DNA of 44,084 nucleotides from the NCBI GenBank assembly GCA_963620965.1, contig CAVFCJ010000001.1, forward strand, positions 1 to 44,084, in the 5' to 3' direction. Within the stretch, counting starts at the first letter, position 1. The number at the start of each line of letters is the position of its first letter. Both the position numbers and the translations under genes were made by a program. Source of the DNA: a bacterium. GTDB taxonomy: Bacteria > Bacillota > Clostridia > Christensenellales > CAG-917. Under the pieces are notes generated by a model that made no database searches, was not told where the DNA came from, and saw nothing but the letters and a program-made list of their open reading frames with translations. This document shows positions 39,801 through 42,792 of this stretch, in pieces.

Positions 39801-42289
39801 ACAAGCACTTCTTCGTTGTTGGATTGCTTGTGAATTGCGATCTTTGCAGACGATTTCAAAAGCAAATCGAGAATTTGGATGTTGTCCAAACCGCCGGTAA
39901 GGTCGAGGTCGGCGTTGATGTCGAGTCTAAGACCGCCGTCGATGTTTCCGAGTTCGATCAACGCTTTGATCAAAATACCCTTAAACAACGTGCCGATTTC
40001 CTGATCGGGCATGTTGACTTCGATCTTTGCAAGCTCGCCTTTGAGGGTTTCGAGGTCGAGAGTAAGTCCCGTGGACACATTGACGTGGAGCAAATCCGTG
40101 TTCAACGCACCGTTTTTGAGAATGGGCAAATACGCGTCCTCGTTTTGAGCAAGTTCGTTTTCGAGTTTGTCGAAAGACGCCTCGAAATCAACCAAATTGT
40201 TGATTTTACCAAAGGTAATGTCAACGCCCAACACAAGTCCGATGAGCGGATCGAGGCTGTATTCGGTGTTTTCTTCATTGTATTCTCTCACGCCGAGTTC
40301 CGCACTCAAAGTGAGCGTCTTGTTCTGCTGCGCGCCGTTGTTGACATACTTTAGTAATGCGCCGGTGATGGGAATGTCCGCACCTGCGTTATCGCCTGTG
40401 AACACAAGCGAGAAAATTGCGTCGAGAATATCCCTCGACAAATCTACGCTTATATCTCTGATGTTGAAGATGTTCCCGTCCATATTGAGATTGATATGGT
40501 CGAGAATCATGCTTACAAGAGTCAAAACATCAACCGATCCTTCGCCTTCCGCCGCAGAGTATGCGCCGTGTTGAATGACGATTTCGCCGTTGTCGACAAA
40601 CGTCTGTTGAATATTTTGAGCGGTCGCTCCGCCTTTAAGACCGTCGATTGCTCCCTTGACGGTGTCAAACACGGTGTTTACGAGGTCGCCCAGAAGTTCG
40701 TTTATGTTGATGTCGTCAATCTTGAACTTCGTTCCGTTGTAACCGAGCAGACCGCCCGCGTCGATATACACACCTTCTCTTGCGCCGGTGTAGTACGCCG
40801 TCAAGCGTTTTGCGCCGTCACGGCCGAGAATTTCCGCCGCAAGTCTTGTCTTTTTGGAATCTCTAGTGTTGATTTCCGCTTGAAGTTTGATTGTGAGAGG
40901 CACTTCTCCGCTGGCAAAATCGATTTCTTTTGCAAACAACGGTTTGAGTGCTTCGAGCATTTCGGGATCGAGATTATTGGTGAGAAGATTTGAAAGGAGA
41001 GTGCCGAAAGAGCCTATCACGTTGTCGATAGACACTTTCTTTTCGTTGAAGTTGAGAGTGAGAGAGATTTCGCCGTCGAGAGTGAGGAAAGAATATTTTT
41101 CCGCGCTTTCGTTCACGACGTCGTAAAGAGATTTTTCACCGTCTTGACGAGCGGTGTTGTTTTCGTTGCGATTTTTGAGAAGTCCGGGATTTTCGTCGCT
41201 GCCGACTAAATTGAGGTCGGGGGCACCTGCAAAGTCTGCTTTGGCATAGCCGAGTTTAATGCCGAATTCGGATTGGAACGTGCCGTACTTTTCTTCAACG
41301 CCTTCTACGCCATAGGAGTTGAGGTTTACGTCGATGTCGAACGTCGTGCCTTCGAGAGCGCCGTTCATGATGTCGGCTTCCATATAAAGAGCCACACCGG
41401 CGAGTGCGCCGAGTTTGCCCAAATCGAGACCGAGCACGTCTTTGACGAGTCCGATGATGTTTTCGGGAATAAGACCTTGAATGAGCGGAATTATGCTGAC
41501 GATAAGTCCGAGATCGCAAGGCATACGCAACACTTGATGTCCGTTGCCGTAGTCAACGCGCGTGCCCTTGCTTGCGCCGAACAATACGTTGACAAGCAAC
41601 TGTTCGACGGTCAAATGTGCCAAATCGATGTTGATAAGGCTGTTGATGAGTCCGCCGATGTCATAACCCATCAAAGTGTCATACAACATAGAGGAAAGAT
41701 CGAGTTGTTCGAGAGCGTCCGCAAATTTCGACACGAATTTTGTCATGTCGATCGTGTCGGTATAAACGACGTGGACGCCGTCACCCTTCTTGATTCCGCG
41801 CATATCCGCAACAAGTTTACCTTCGTAATAATACGCGCCGAAAAGCAGAGTCCCTTCACCGTTTTTTGCCATCGTGCAAATGGTGTCTTGGTCGATGGTT
41901 CTGCCGTTTATTTCGGCTGTCAACTTGCGGAATTCAACAAGTATTTCGCTGTTGGAATCCTCGACAGTGTCGATGTCGCCTGCAAAGCGAGCAACGATAA
42001 GCGAATCGGACGAATCCTTGGAAAAGCCCATCACGAACGCCGTGTCGACTCTTATGTAGCGCTTATCTTTTTCTTCGTCCGCTTTTTGCAATGCTGCGGC
42101 TTTGAATGCGTTCCAAAAATCCTGCGCTCCGATGTACTCGGCATTGTCGATGTCCGGATTGGGCGTCGGCGTAGGAATGACAGGAGTGTCGACGTTCCCG
42201 TCAGCTTTCGGATTGCACGCTACGAGACCGAACAGCATTACGCTGACCAGCACGAGCAACAATACGAGTGATAACTTTCTCATTCTCAT
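15812..42289 (-). CDS. Giant surface lipoprotein, about 8,825 aa (26.5 kb), modular, family unknown
   Basis: Uninterrupted ORF 15812..42616. The probable start is ATG 42289 (MRMRKLSLVLLLVLVSVMLFGLVAC), with GGAGGA 4 nt upstream. It has a lipobox signal peptide, repeated modules and Ig-like C-terminal repeats, and is bounded by its own promoter and terminator. Confidence 0.9.
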   Translation of the reverse strand: MRMRKLSLVLLLVLVSVMLFGLVACNPKADGNVDTPVIPTPTPNPDIDNAEYIGAQDFWNAFKAAALQKADEEKDKRYIRVDTAFVMGFSKDSSDSLIVARFAGDIDTVEDSNSEILVEFRKLTAEINGRTIDQDTICTMAKNGEGTLLFGAYYYEGKLVADMRGIKKGDGVHVVYTDTIDMTKFVSKFADALEQLDLSSMLYDTLMGYDIGGLINSLINIDLAHLTVEQLLVNVLFGASKGTRVDYGNGHQVLRMPCDLGLIVSIIPLIQGLIPENIIGLVKDVLGLDLGKLGALAGVALYMEADIMNGALEGTTFDIDVNLNSYGVEGVEEKYGTFQSEFGIKLGYAKADFAGAPDLNLVGSDENPGLLKNRNENNTARQDGEKSLYDVVNESAEKYSFLTLDGEISLTLNFNEKKVSIDNVIGSFGTLLSNLLTNNLDPEMLEALKPLFAKEIDFASGEVPLTIKLQAEINTRDSKKTRLAAEILGRDGAKRLTAYYTGAREGVYIDAGGLLGYNGTKFKIDDININELLGDLVNTVFDTVKGAIDGLKGGATAQNIQQTFVDNGEIVIQHGAYSAAEGEGSVDVLTLVSMILDHINLNMDGNIFNIRDISVDLSRDILDAIFSLVFTGDNAGADIPITGALLKYVNNGAQQNKTLTLSAELGVREYNEENTEYSLDPLIGLVLGVDITFGKINNLVDFEASFDKLENELAQNEDAYLPILKNGALNTDLLHVNVSTGLTLDLETLKGELAKIEVNMPDQEIGTLFKGILIKALIELGNIDGGLRLDINADLDLTGGLDNIQILDLLLKSSAKIAIHKQSNNEEVLVLYLQDGWVYLKADILCISAKQIKLNVRELIDLIGSDSNDSSSNQALVADETEEDGGMNVNEVLGFVAGIVDGLKLGNHALEIVLASNLFEQVLGLLDIDGVKIEFASTEFDGGIRLALNDGLNLTELQLGVFVSLGNNVNLNVSLNGLSAGLNDKATDYLVKDNRQGDDFTEILEYPFIGLDLTLGLDFAADQGARELVFGEGKYWLDSNGKYVEIEETPVPDGYSGKLYYKDSDGIYQEENITKATLAFDEPMDLNYELRVAGQLDLSPIVEYLLGAPQINTNGNVSELLIELTGKKSSDISGQATAEREVLLGLYYTGGSLYIDASNFGLDKVRTDIDLYEVILALLAKDSAVTVNGSVGAEAMAAEDFVDQGAADARKALALDIIAALSSDNVKLQIAKGLTDILYQLIGIDASDITAWAQIAWASVKDKFDNKPIRIALDVNNDAGQQIGGAEIYIGTVVKGEDGITLAPLNLEIGGDAVESIKIVRDGQKMQEMTAYVQSEGNVFEDVELFNDYGDITIPSIYAEIQGTFTVGALQGNKSWTLGEWIASFLDDSNPELNSFIRQLLLTYKVPVEAGANIGFRIALNAHLNPDVPVDLTQNVVFKKYESSKLADLAKYVEVYKLSGAKYVLLTDDERNTFEGDVYLKQYIACGIALTEVTDLNYRGEGYVLVDGNYVKINVTDENQEQYANEQIYTAASLLDIAYIVSHSDIAIEIYNEKMTLVDKMSNAERLEHVILALRLQSTGENAQGQSVSTVYLDLSDDFHLALSNIDLGALIGGLMTDDSSSAGGTAAVAADEGGGIDLMGILGKVLGGIISYVGVDTEGLQINFAEGLVTTLVQMLAGKQVDPEKFIKLNSDRSYLAFAWKNDYKLVLNLQIDPAYVGLELSSVKLALGKENGVLPEDFDPTIYTTAENLNTLSLNVDLGLDLQLKGQDEQIRLEKYIDLFASELGIKLGLDVFDDIEYNLGVSLGANLALNEPNDSNIVLEIKNKITNKNILAAFVEGEKIYFDFGSLGREPIYLEGTNLCDVLCKFITDALGDLNSIINGGDASTAADELLSNSADEQMQLILNIADGKLGVLVMQNVLVGLIAALTQNDSEEGGSSLDIAEIIEKLDLDISVGVDLQLDPSIAIDVNIDSNLLALGVSVDNIDIATGTTSSAYATIREKAQKGIRGEDKFVLLTTDEKANYTGTKYKKVGGAFVEAEDGEYRSYYTSMTNAHIIAIDLSLIVDYYASATYTLVTDQRALEAVSPLDRYSYSTNEQRFVQDNNGTYVREGFALDQLLDILLNMDSLQDILATMLPQIRINTDNEEIGFEVQQNKFSVGDLLKRLGLNLVLSDKMDDGFKLDVKARLNLQKIGMEDLSKIDLNNLNLDIETILKGLEAYIGITFDYEAEGNTKIGVYLEDGVVFADLEGIGGPRIQVDLLDLLAKLGVELGGNSDASTAADMTDGNSSVGTILNMIVSKIVLAGKPWIGDDGVKRIKYLGVFVRSNFLNDLFSMLFETVVDSDNLVMDESQSGLFLYPQTDKFKAYGMNESLALQLKLAFANKKAPIDSEGNLSSDSQYLIDLNLGLDAKVGLISVDTNQPLLDNDDKLEFISLDDYIENIVKLIGGFSGENYEREKDLTDNAIYYAFDTDANGEYLLKTGMYRKPNFTVDANGAYILGEDGEYRLINDGEVLPEGTKRYAKEDLTDVQMYSRSYATVKTGEDGKQYAYTVKYNVDSNGNYVYDVENDIYVNKNDASALARDTFYSRVDIPMTVTEKDADGNDVTRNALASEVKLYNKCGKSAYQDQNVSLSVSGLIYFNSSSAEVVNAGGLLPNAFRDMIINLQTLSAFNVGIGLRVSANIDLAALDLQGLASGGSFGDFINNSDMSKVELAIEFVEVDDKGYFAKYDTANEIGNGNEKVLGGLYLSGGTLYLDLTGLVSTAENYSKIENFIDFAKKVVDKLGSIGGDNEENGAQTASDSVQNRSIQRDAVLLLAYSDSQFQIQITKALLSFVLATFLPDLGSLEEVFDVFNISLGVDLGQPVYKSVDDLKATDLDLYNKFQNEYKGDRYKKYTTEDYSNTPATDTYYVAGNAYYLASTTYVYEVTVDGDNVTPVDGEKHRFEDGNGETGKTYAILENGKYVVISGKVQGKYIHSNANYYAKVENIDKPVSLRSYRMYRRTDGVESVTDTYIAGNTYIRFGGEERQIEQLRTRLFGYVKDENGEYYRTIDLYDQISDYYLGLDIAIGCVNMGLKLGGIEIGFGAGDELLPAYIRDGKAHSYFNDGKEIEYTDETKNSYAFEDVPTNMFYDTIITVGFSVELELGITEGTLDLGKILSSIIGDLTGVVIEMPSTAKGYSSAHFRLDVSLMVDIYDLTKSELKIELINETETGYESLWLGAYYINNTIYVNLEEAFNIQKFAIGGLNIAEILKDYIIDFDSDDEYFVAGGAQASSTSEALVASGAQTSTVDLSDRDLALSMLINRDLLTLKLGDKLFDTILEYIPEDLLGFDIKELFYNELNGGLQVELNTSDSLNLSVDVALGLDGDRYNKDSDYAGTDAEKASLASKVNSAQYYVFRQDANGNYIKSDNGNYVRAITSKEANSVGASDRYAKYKVAFDEGVNTPYLLKVVDNEKGDGSQKLDTTKYPMLEDGKTSVVIYKYDAGAVANNAYVSDGGKYDMTLELGLAIKNLNVAFTNSRTYVLSGDELAEYTNMDDVDRFTLSETIDITTQFKSGNDNDIDLSAVLQAFFPSLTDEQLLVIKAQADDGGDVNRSLQLVLDVDIQVAALLNFMRTELVKYTADGDQFDGDMDLFAVIDLLKQVIEQFKNNTDQLVSLIADIASYVNLSVRLQTKGGNDTEYHDMLGIYMVGGTFELLSPDEKTNVTGENYVDPSERYDHYFETKNGSYYLDETTGEYKYITSDTFAGTRYSYDSSYCYKNENGNYKRVNGGLFVDLSYFNIPSLRVDANEIRKLVSSVLASTSADAQAAADEEESTFPLVKDDSILGYIRTFAYGLQITSRYIKVIANTDYINSILSLVMGENAIQFDEAKFVNQPNVTLYTDNTRYAYDTAENVVTKFIEAYDTSATNDEKKAARREIEKVLGKSKYLYDITEYKGTGASKQGVYYKAEDGSYAQKSEMATVERKAYDAKVEAGTASYYDIKRVDTYIKLQGSDTYILYADATQSQINNSEKVADLLDRGSKVPLLYEKFTTTEGGTVKTEYKQARGSLSVVIPLKSRNEFLSVNLYLWNHKLSVAINAPSVSVTEFQYITRQEAIDDAASADPQYSIKSIAAGARYVNTDEDIYTSVDKEADGLSNWKFDYYDGTGKFDVQKYSDAENYAGPRYYEYRGELIAITKDSLFVKNGTKYIPAAAVDENANPIVTDWALFPDFIAEIENNDKEYYVENTAKTAYVRLQRTFVYKKNTYNSQKKVLLSATDACESENYYIKVQQASSIQQPDFNKPEYADYAYKEYVDSDNLYYISLALRGSLFLQAGKIYFDYATYKGVYNSVVNKITDESLYQEVPDSVLAKIAYKKFQGDYVKVTDTTEIATLKANNGLYVLLNGELDEKYSGVNEALGDVLGSLLGAMTGKIQITEDMTFNVYFSLRLNLGFKLYILPSFGIDVRDLDVAIDVWGEQNDLMENGNYVTSEDRDANNYSGKLLDGTKPHILGIYYDNDKDTGKAGLYVDAEALLGKDAKLFVDMSEYSLEDVITGLVAGIGEDASATDASVASDSVTALNPDKQSADTTSLFVNIFTNALALNVTSGFAKVLIRELLPDNASIADMLPNLKVYLKQNLNPYDITIGAILFNEEGDIPVLNLGLNIQGLNGVEGESSSIEFGRKEDILAMQQGSNAIFYYANFYRDNGNTDYDNYYGKNYNAKDYVKLFHDPTTGYDYIENADGELYTGKDADGKTVAGPEDRYMKAAPVMSEVLASRQLAYEGDIYTDVEGVYVLVYKRLNDIAGNNNLDEDTYREYRNLVKSEQFATFTGTLYTVDNNGNFVKTDKDILQGFTGEGNLQYALASDYTGASAYETGKKVVYNGQEYYPIDPNENGYTDMSEADAFAAQYPNVKVYKQVTDFTNYTKALALNLGDLLGGGTFDVASVLADLECVELGLNLDIRMTLDDVINWTYQFTQFIDDPQIGEYFYFIATSLENSKEFQSLIGLNLDLKVYLKTANLVKMIAGDNSVGILQVLEGAKIYLELTYETNFHGNEKPKALLWVEVKDGKLYLNIDASQIGDIVGWGDFFSYGVVDGLDLSSILGSIATTASAQALTAADDEEEVNTGLIPANIWSILNVVLGRLLIANDFITVGLNETLIADLVGMLADSDSAVLQGISEFLPKLYTTDTKDTSGITINFYGNSPSIDINLGFKVGTLYYETVNNYNAMYGASGKYFKGSDWSGATFKKESDGEYTVGNGADDDNTYVLVSTDDYALVAYAYPAWAGDTYDYVAATNTFTKHTASDTKGAYLKQGDFAIAISLGKLYATVNKDFSVDKDEKFADRNADNSIKYVYVESKDGEYVKDAGGTYRLATDADIEEVHYAKQASYGNYVKLQNATAHLEMSIEISMYSSGNAGNANIIDLSEILDLIMGLINPNSAISGSQLKLNIANEFGNNSGAFLTLDLVANIDVETYKVELGLELNKKTASMATEKTLLGLYLVENAVYVDLSGILGETAKIAVTDLNLDGLLEGVLGKFLAEDDATDASGASIASKDDIGTIEENKDHLKDYAYFMINVTPQKLLLQLNADFVNAIYKKIMAIRGLEQKDLIPDIGDLLVRMDATSGKTTISLNLRFSDGLYFCLDIPSASITKDISESIATHFGLSTEDKKFYKQLTQDELAANPSQEKYVKNAAGEYVLDENPVDESKTYYRHTHTAQVPRDYIEILSLDLDSLINGTGTFDISSLNLPTIGLKASLNLTMTSKNLKPGQNGYDESLAGWVQDLLANLLGGTALLGKFTALTYVDANTLNDGSSVYTGKVYTKNSSGDYILHSEKTYVSGTTYYKYTLADVNITMANEINLTIDIAANVNLAPILAYGIGGILYSDIAVDISLGKPVGSNLISLYYLGSSRLMKKNGTNWELSVATSATYTSNEIYSDALYIDASGLGLGKIKLQGIAGLLGATPSYDAKAASGASVSADATTSDADTAASNALYLQVDIQNGRLGVTFDNAFITTLIGMLGLDLGDIELPPIKSVKLDVNLGAKGLDSINLNAQLDSVGTGANIKISDFDIALGKSMVDNENLIEEVKTGYTGLTYSKTSGLMSLVQNVIDSLKPGLSINIQNKVWQLTQAKGVATLYQDSSITLSGKKVLTSTNIPDSSPQKYNIRLDLESNRADTGLSAILGGNNIFITNITLPSGGLVGTVAPLISALNCLDLGSMLGSSPLLALVKGTDGDDATYEYPTAKTASDTATAAADSGYTYPLNLENLIKSIEVNLFNDNGYWPYFSGATAVSNGAGKISVKVKLNKDAYNELIIKVITVVLGLMKDVVEKDNEAYFGDVQQARGYETTSGLVWEQHEIGDVLISGVGKSNEITNIFNTLQGMVDRNASTDEKVEYLEPIARSLPVSMTKWALLFALDAAGVSLSFGTIKNVASEVIEDLNFLLGGILPIPFATGDIDPSINLYIDLNPTASEYGCTSGQTVKPGIQAIEIMVNAEKTGIGASESMKYNKAKTTTMSSMSTMANGGGASGTTTNLGEAWDFFMIRITPYSTVDNTFNTGLLYFDEAESADPIATQVTPPSEIVIDDPATRSGNAVKADGSTTAITLRDSAFLDATVFPQYANVKFPVVLSGKQMVSYDNSGSYNDAPGSQIVWDAATVDLTAATSEDENGRRLAGYVYGYALNVVLYAIPVYVTNDKEAQTQSIKGYYNINGKYTEKALGIDIDTNSSKYMAELPDLVRIPFRTGGKQTFATYLKDSAGNMAYAIIDPISSAPSETINGSAYQILVQPTADEITAGAEANVNTDGNKFLLMPAYIAGLVTEKDSNGNDVYKTVKVSNEDGTQVEYYVLSRSKLPTGKAFPAGTIDWNTDDFKYDWQGSTDWSSGATSTVQVGFTYQWGLGKAVEDTISLTAKNYKISRLTSMSTDASGTTSQTLKSERDSDGNYTTVLEIKAMDIDADMQNLVTYLSGFKYVSGKFTSESSMSGFDVEWDTAELEKALQAITTKDSNGNAVVNFYKGLDVTIKAKVGGDRFSIFTSVTKTSTSTDKTGFVGKSESFAGKFAQEVDVRIVIKPYVFDSMAKSLVFDQYQYENITADSFGTAYQINVKDAQGNTSVENLTVGNGLFVEAPFIKVGETYHNAYSNGVHDLKSDEITYEGYSNQRTYPLYAKLVIGTEYSGKQEVYVPIEVNEIKPSAVSLTVEHDNTLNPTWYESEAYEKFNVSVGMNTYTMFPDWTTVQYYTNAACTKLKSQQNIFDGGTIYAQVEAYATADGTKNGTKLALVNTGKTDENGEPIYSAQKITLRLNVEQQTIQSVNFFYDETIGDVAAYVRKYANDEAKLAELKAKLADISNYTGSVYQQTHVSDGTAFGIDPINFATNPSDYFKTSDWGDAIGGTPVKINLVKGDSYIAYVRAFDTVVSSKGIDGTDKVQTVYMTIGNDKVQFNVNIPSYEFTDGTMSDTTLAFVDGKVAGTDGDMLQFNYNVFNEWKLPSKATVQTAQGVGEITIDVKWVDYAAPNKDELKSDEDGKLYVEREYFFFDGLSMRYPSAGAFTAKIYLEGFNTNVTIEPNGMSRNYDVFDKFEFARTATVKVGDTTYYNVPIHWESTAMPTADEINQGSFTRKMYVLGVYVEGQDIYSDYTVTINNDFTIDKLTGGYKADNFAINVAKDNFYQGLPKSANVKVGTKTIPVTLAWSDDYTAQSGFDGNMALTITSKDGDEVVLESVVNVAVKVESAGITGLAAGQKYVLDPYAKSGTLFESGSLQEVNVSGSDNTQYAIVEYELDDQAFYDNIASSFGKKFKVAVTYKYNAGKNANVETGEIEVYVVNRNIMFMSDYANRSIVVDTFLNKDASYLDNWMRITTMGGDTFDAYFDWSDVDKLIKSGKSNSAYMATAIVGIEKANGGYVLEDITDDNKVNPTYVAIEDYIEYKQKTDANFALTDETRYMLAKQRVNIPVTVLDRTIVDAELLLDDTGLRYLYSDTSKYSTITDTLIDNTDGDGRYIDIVYNKTTGMPEQYVYYNHFAYVGADKLPDTMQLTFANGDVGEYHITYENAPSASDLAGLTSTLERKMIVHVWNSEAKEIEVTDAFEMTIKIRVSKVTLTNSDLAYNDMSVGSYKYNKDVYADRENTVYDTSKYAQTATFYVGAQFMLAQTWWTEGRSENAGKFTYNSTYTKRHGFTDTDGEVYPGIYSVYSANNEFKAEGQEGNYTGVKFYTYNADTKNYILYTGEVTYASADTTYKSESGQDLYILVYVTTQTLNASWDASSVNYTYRGGNVAVEATLTSNASGNSATSKVDVTIHVNNSKATGDATLVEGDTCGLLSGGKFVIDPYADGNVFERKTGYSGDRYEPSTTDEGTYVKNNLDGTYKLVNGQYVLLSEDELNRDYANFPTRLTVTLANGTKVDVPVTWDFSGVNVTYAGGEYYAYAIVNYDGKYNYTATDSTSANEVGTQRIKFTVNVIDRSVKAGKDGIANETELKKLAGYAYGVNSGVAAYINPYEYIKPTMPTSISLNERQADGTYTAQTYSTTSDTRKLAWSFDEFRPSYNGGVIYVTAKLIGVDGNVQTYKIPFLVQKMEATNITEAQTTVTGGVTKLTAKSGGYSSSISSGVADSAFSVDPNDPNRLTMPFTYIGKFNVYNPTYNAIDGTVTYPETASTTTEIEFFYAIVSMPADEQYTVTSSGITTSASGSNATVQLGDQERISVNIDQTNSTLQPTKLAVSSLYSGTTLNMTTTVSGASVNIVWFGTVEVYLVSDKVNAAATYAVMFSSSGANVTLPTYADRKVVYKLYAAIGTVVDGNGTVVTTQPATKDFADSHTAVEEGQTIPEYQVLSDMATITING
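15815..22669 (-). other. C-terminal zone of the giant protein: array of Ig-like (Big_4-like) beta-sandwich repeats
   Basis: Recurrent LPxxVxVxxxxGxxxxVxVxW-type motifs: LPSKATVQTAQGVGEITIDVKW, FARTATVKVGDTTYYNVPIHW, LPKSANVKVGTKTIPVTLAW, FPTRLTVTLANGTKVDVPVTW, LPDTMQLTFANGDVGEYHITY. Domain boundaries were not determined. Confidence 0.55.
23558..41869 (-). repeat. Zone of at least 14 long degenerate protein modules (about 250-750 aa each) in the giant protein
   Basis: The anchor motif hhG(L/A)Y(Y/L)xxGx(L/V)Y(I/V/L)D recurs, with first codons near nt 41848, 40804, 39808, 38866, 37528, 36793, 35587, 34063, 32638, 31234, 28816, 27166, 25852 and 24634. Most are followed by an acidic Ala/Ser/Thr linker and an amphipathic hydrophobic segment. 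Confidence 0.7.
42215..42289 (-). other. Lipoprotein (SPase II) signal peptide of the giant protein
   Basis: MRMRK n-region, LSLVLLLVLVSVMLFG h-region and lipobox L-V-A-C, followed by a Pro/Thr-rich spacer NPKADGNVDTPVIPTPTPNPDID. Confidence 0.8.
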
Positions 42290-42353
42290 AATCTCCTCCG
42301 AAACATACGCTTCTACGCGTGTAGCGCATATGTGTAGATTATTATACAAGTTA

Positions 42354-42382
42354 ATTATACATTTTTCTCGCGTGTTTGTCAA
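42354..42382 (-). promoter_or_regulatory. Consensus sigma-A promoter of the giant gene
   Basis: Minus strand reads TTGACA (42382-42377)-N17-TATAAT (42359-42354), an exact match to both consensus hexamers at optimal spacing. Predicts a 5' UTR of about 55-60 nt. Confidence 0.75.
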
Positions 42383-42757
42383 TATTAATCTTGTTAGTAC
42401 ACCGATAACTATACCTTGTGGTAGAGCGGTTTTCAAAGCACAATTTGTAGTGGAATCAGCCCGGTTTTCGCGCTTTTTCGCCCTCTTAGCGGCAAATTTT
42501 TCCTGTTTTGCCGCATTTTTTTGCTTTCGCTTCTTATAACACGCGATTTTTTTGGTTTTCGACATTCTATCGCATTGTTTCCATATTTTTACTGTCGCTC
42601 GCTCACACATTTTCATACGGTTAGAATCAATGAAAAAATTTTTCGTCGCCGAAATTTTTTATTTTTCGTTTTTTTGCGATATTTCGCTTTTATTTTGCAA
42701 GATTCGCATATCTATCCGTGCGGTTTTTCTCACATCGCTCGCTTGCCTTGCCGTTCG

Positions 42758-42786
42758 TTGACAGCAAAAGCGAATGGTGTTATATT
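42758..42786 (+). promoter_or_regulatory. Promoter of the DUF1624 gene, positioned for a leaderless mRNA
   Basis: TTGACA (42758-42763)-N17-TATATT (42781-42786), preceded by TGt (extended -10). The ATG at 42793 begins 7 nt after the -10 and has no Shine-Dalgarno sequence. Confidence 0.6.
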
Positions 42787-42792
42787 CATTTT

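Noticed and set aside
23558-41869. The periodic repeats in the giant gene as a CRISPR array or recent DNA tandem duplication.
   Set aside because: The repeats are detectable only at protein level and are hundreds of codons long. Identical peptides use different codons, and there is no short direct DNA repeat/spacer structure.
16313-42271. Many long plus-strand ORFs antisense to the giant gene, for example 25181..29134 (1317 aa), 31529..34360 (943 aa), 19013..21571 (852 aa), 29207..31285 (692 aa) and 16313..18145 (610 aa).
   Set aside because: Every one is in the codon-aligned antisense frame: the start minus 15812 is divisible by 3 in all cases checked. They simply reflect avoidance of the sense codons TTA, CTA and TCA. 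Their products are Arg/Val/Cys/Phe-rich with no motifs, RBS or promoters.
42290-42616. A 109-codon N-terminal extension of the giant ORF (MKMCERATVKIWKQ...KKRKQKNAAKQEK...).
   Set aside because: It is Lys/Arg-rich translation of an A-rich non-coding region. It contains the consensus promoter (42354..42382), and the RBS and signal peptide begin at 42289.
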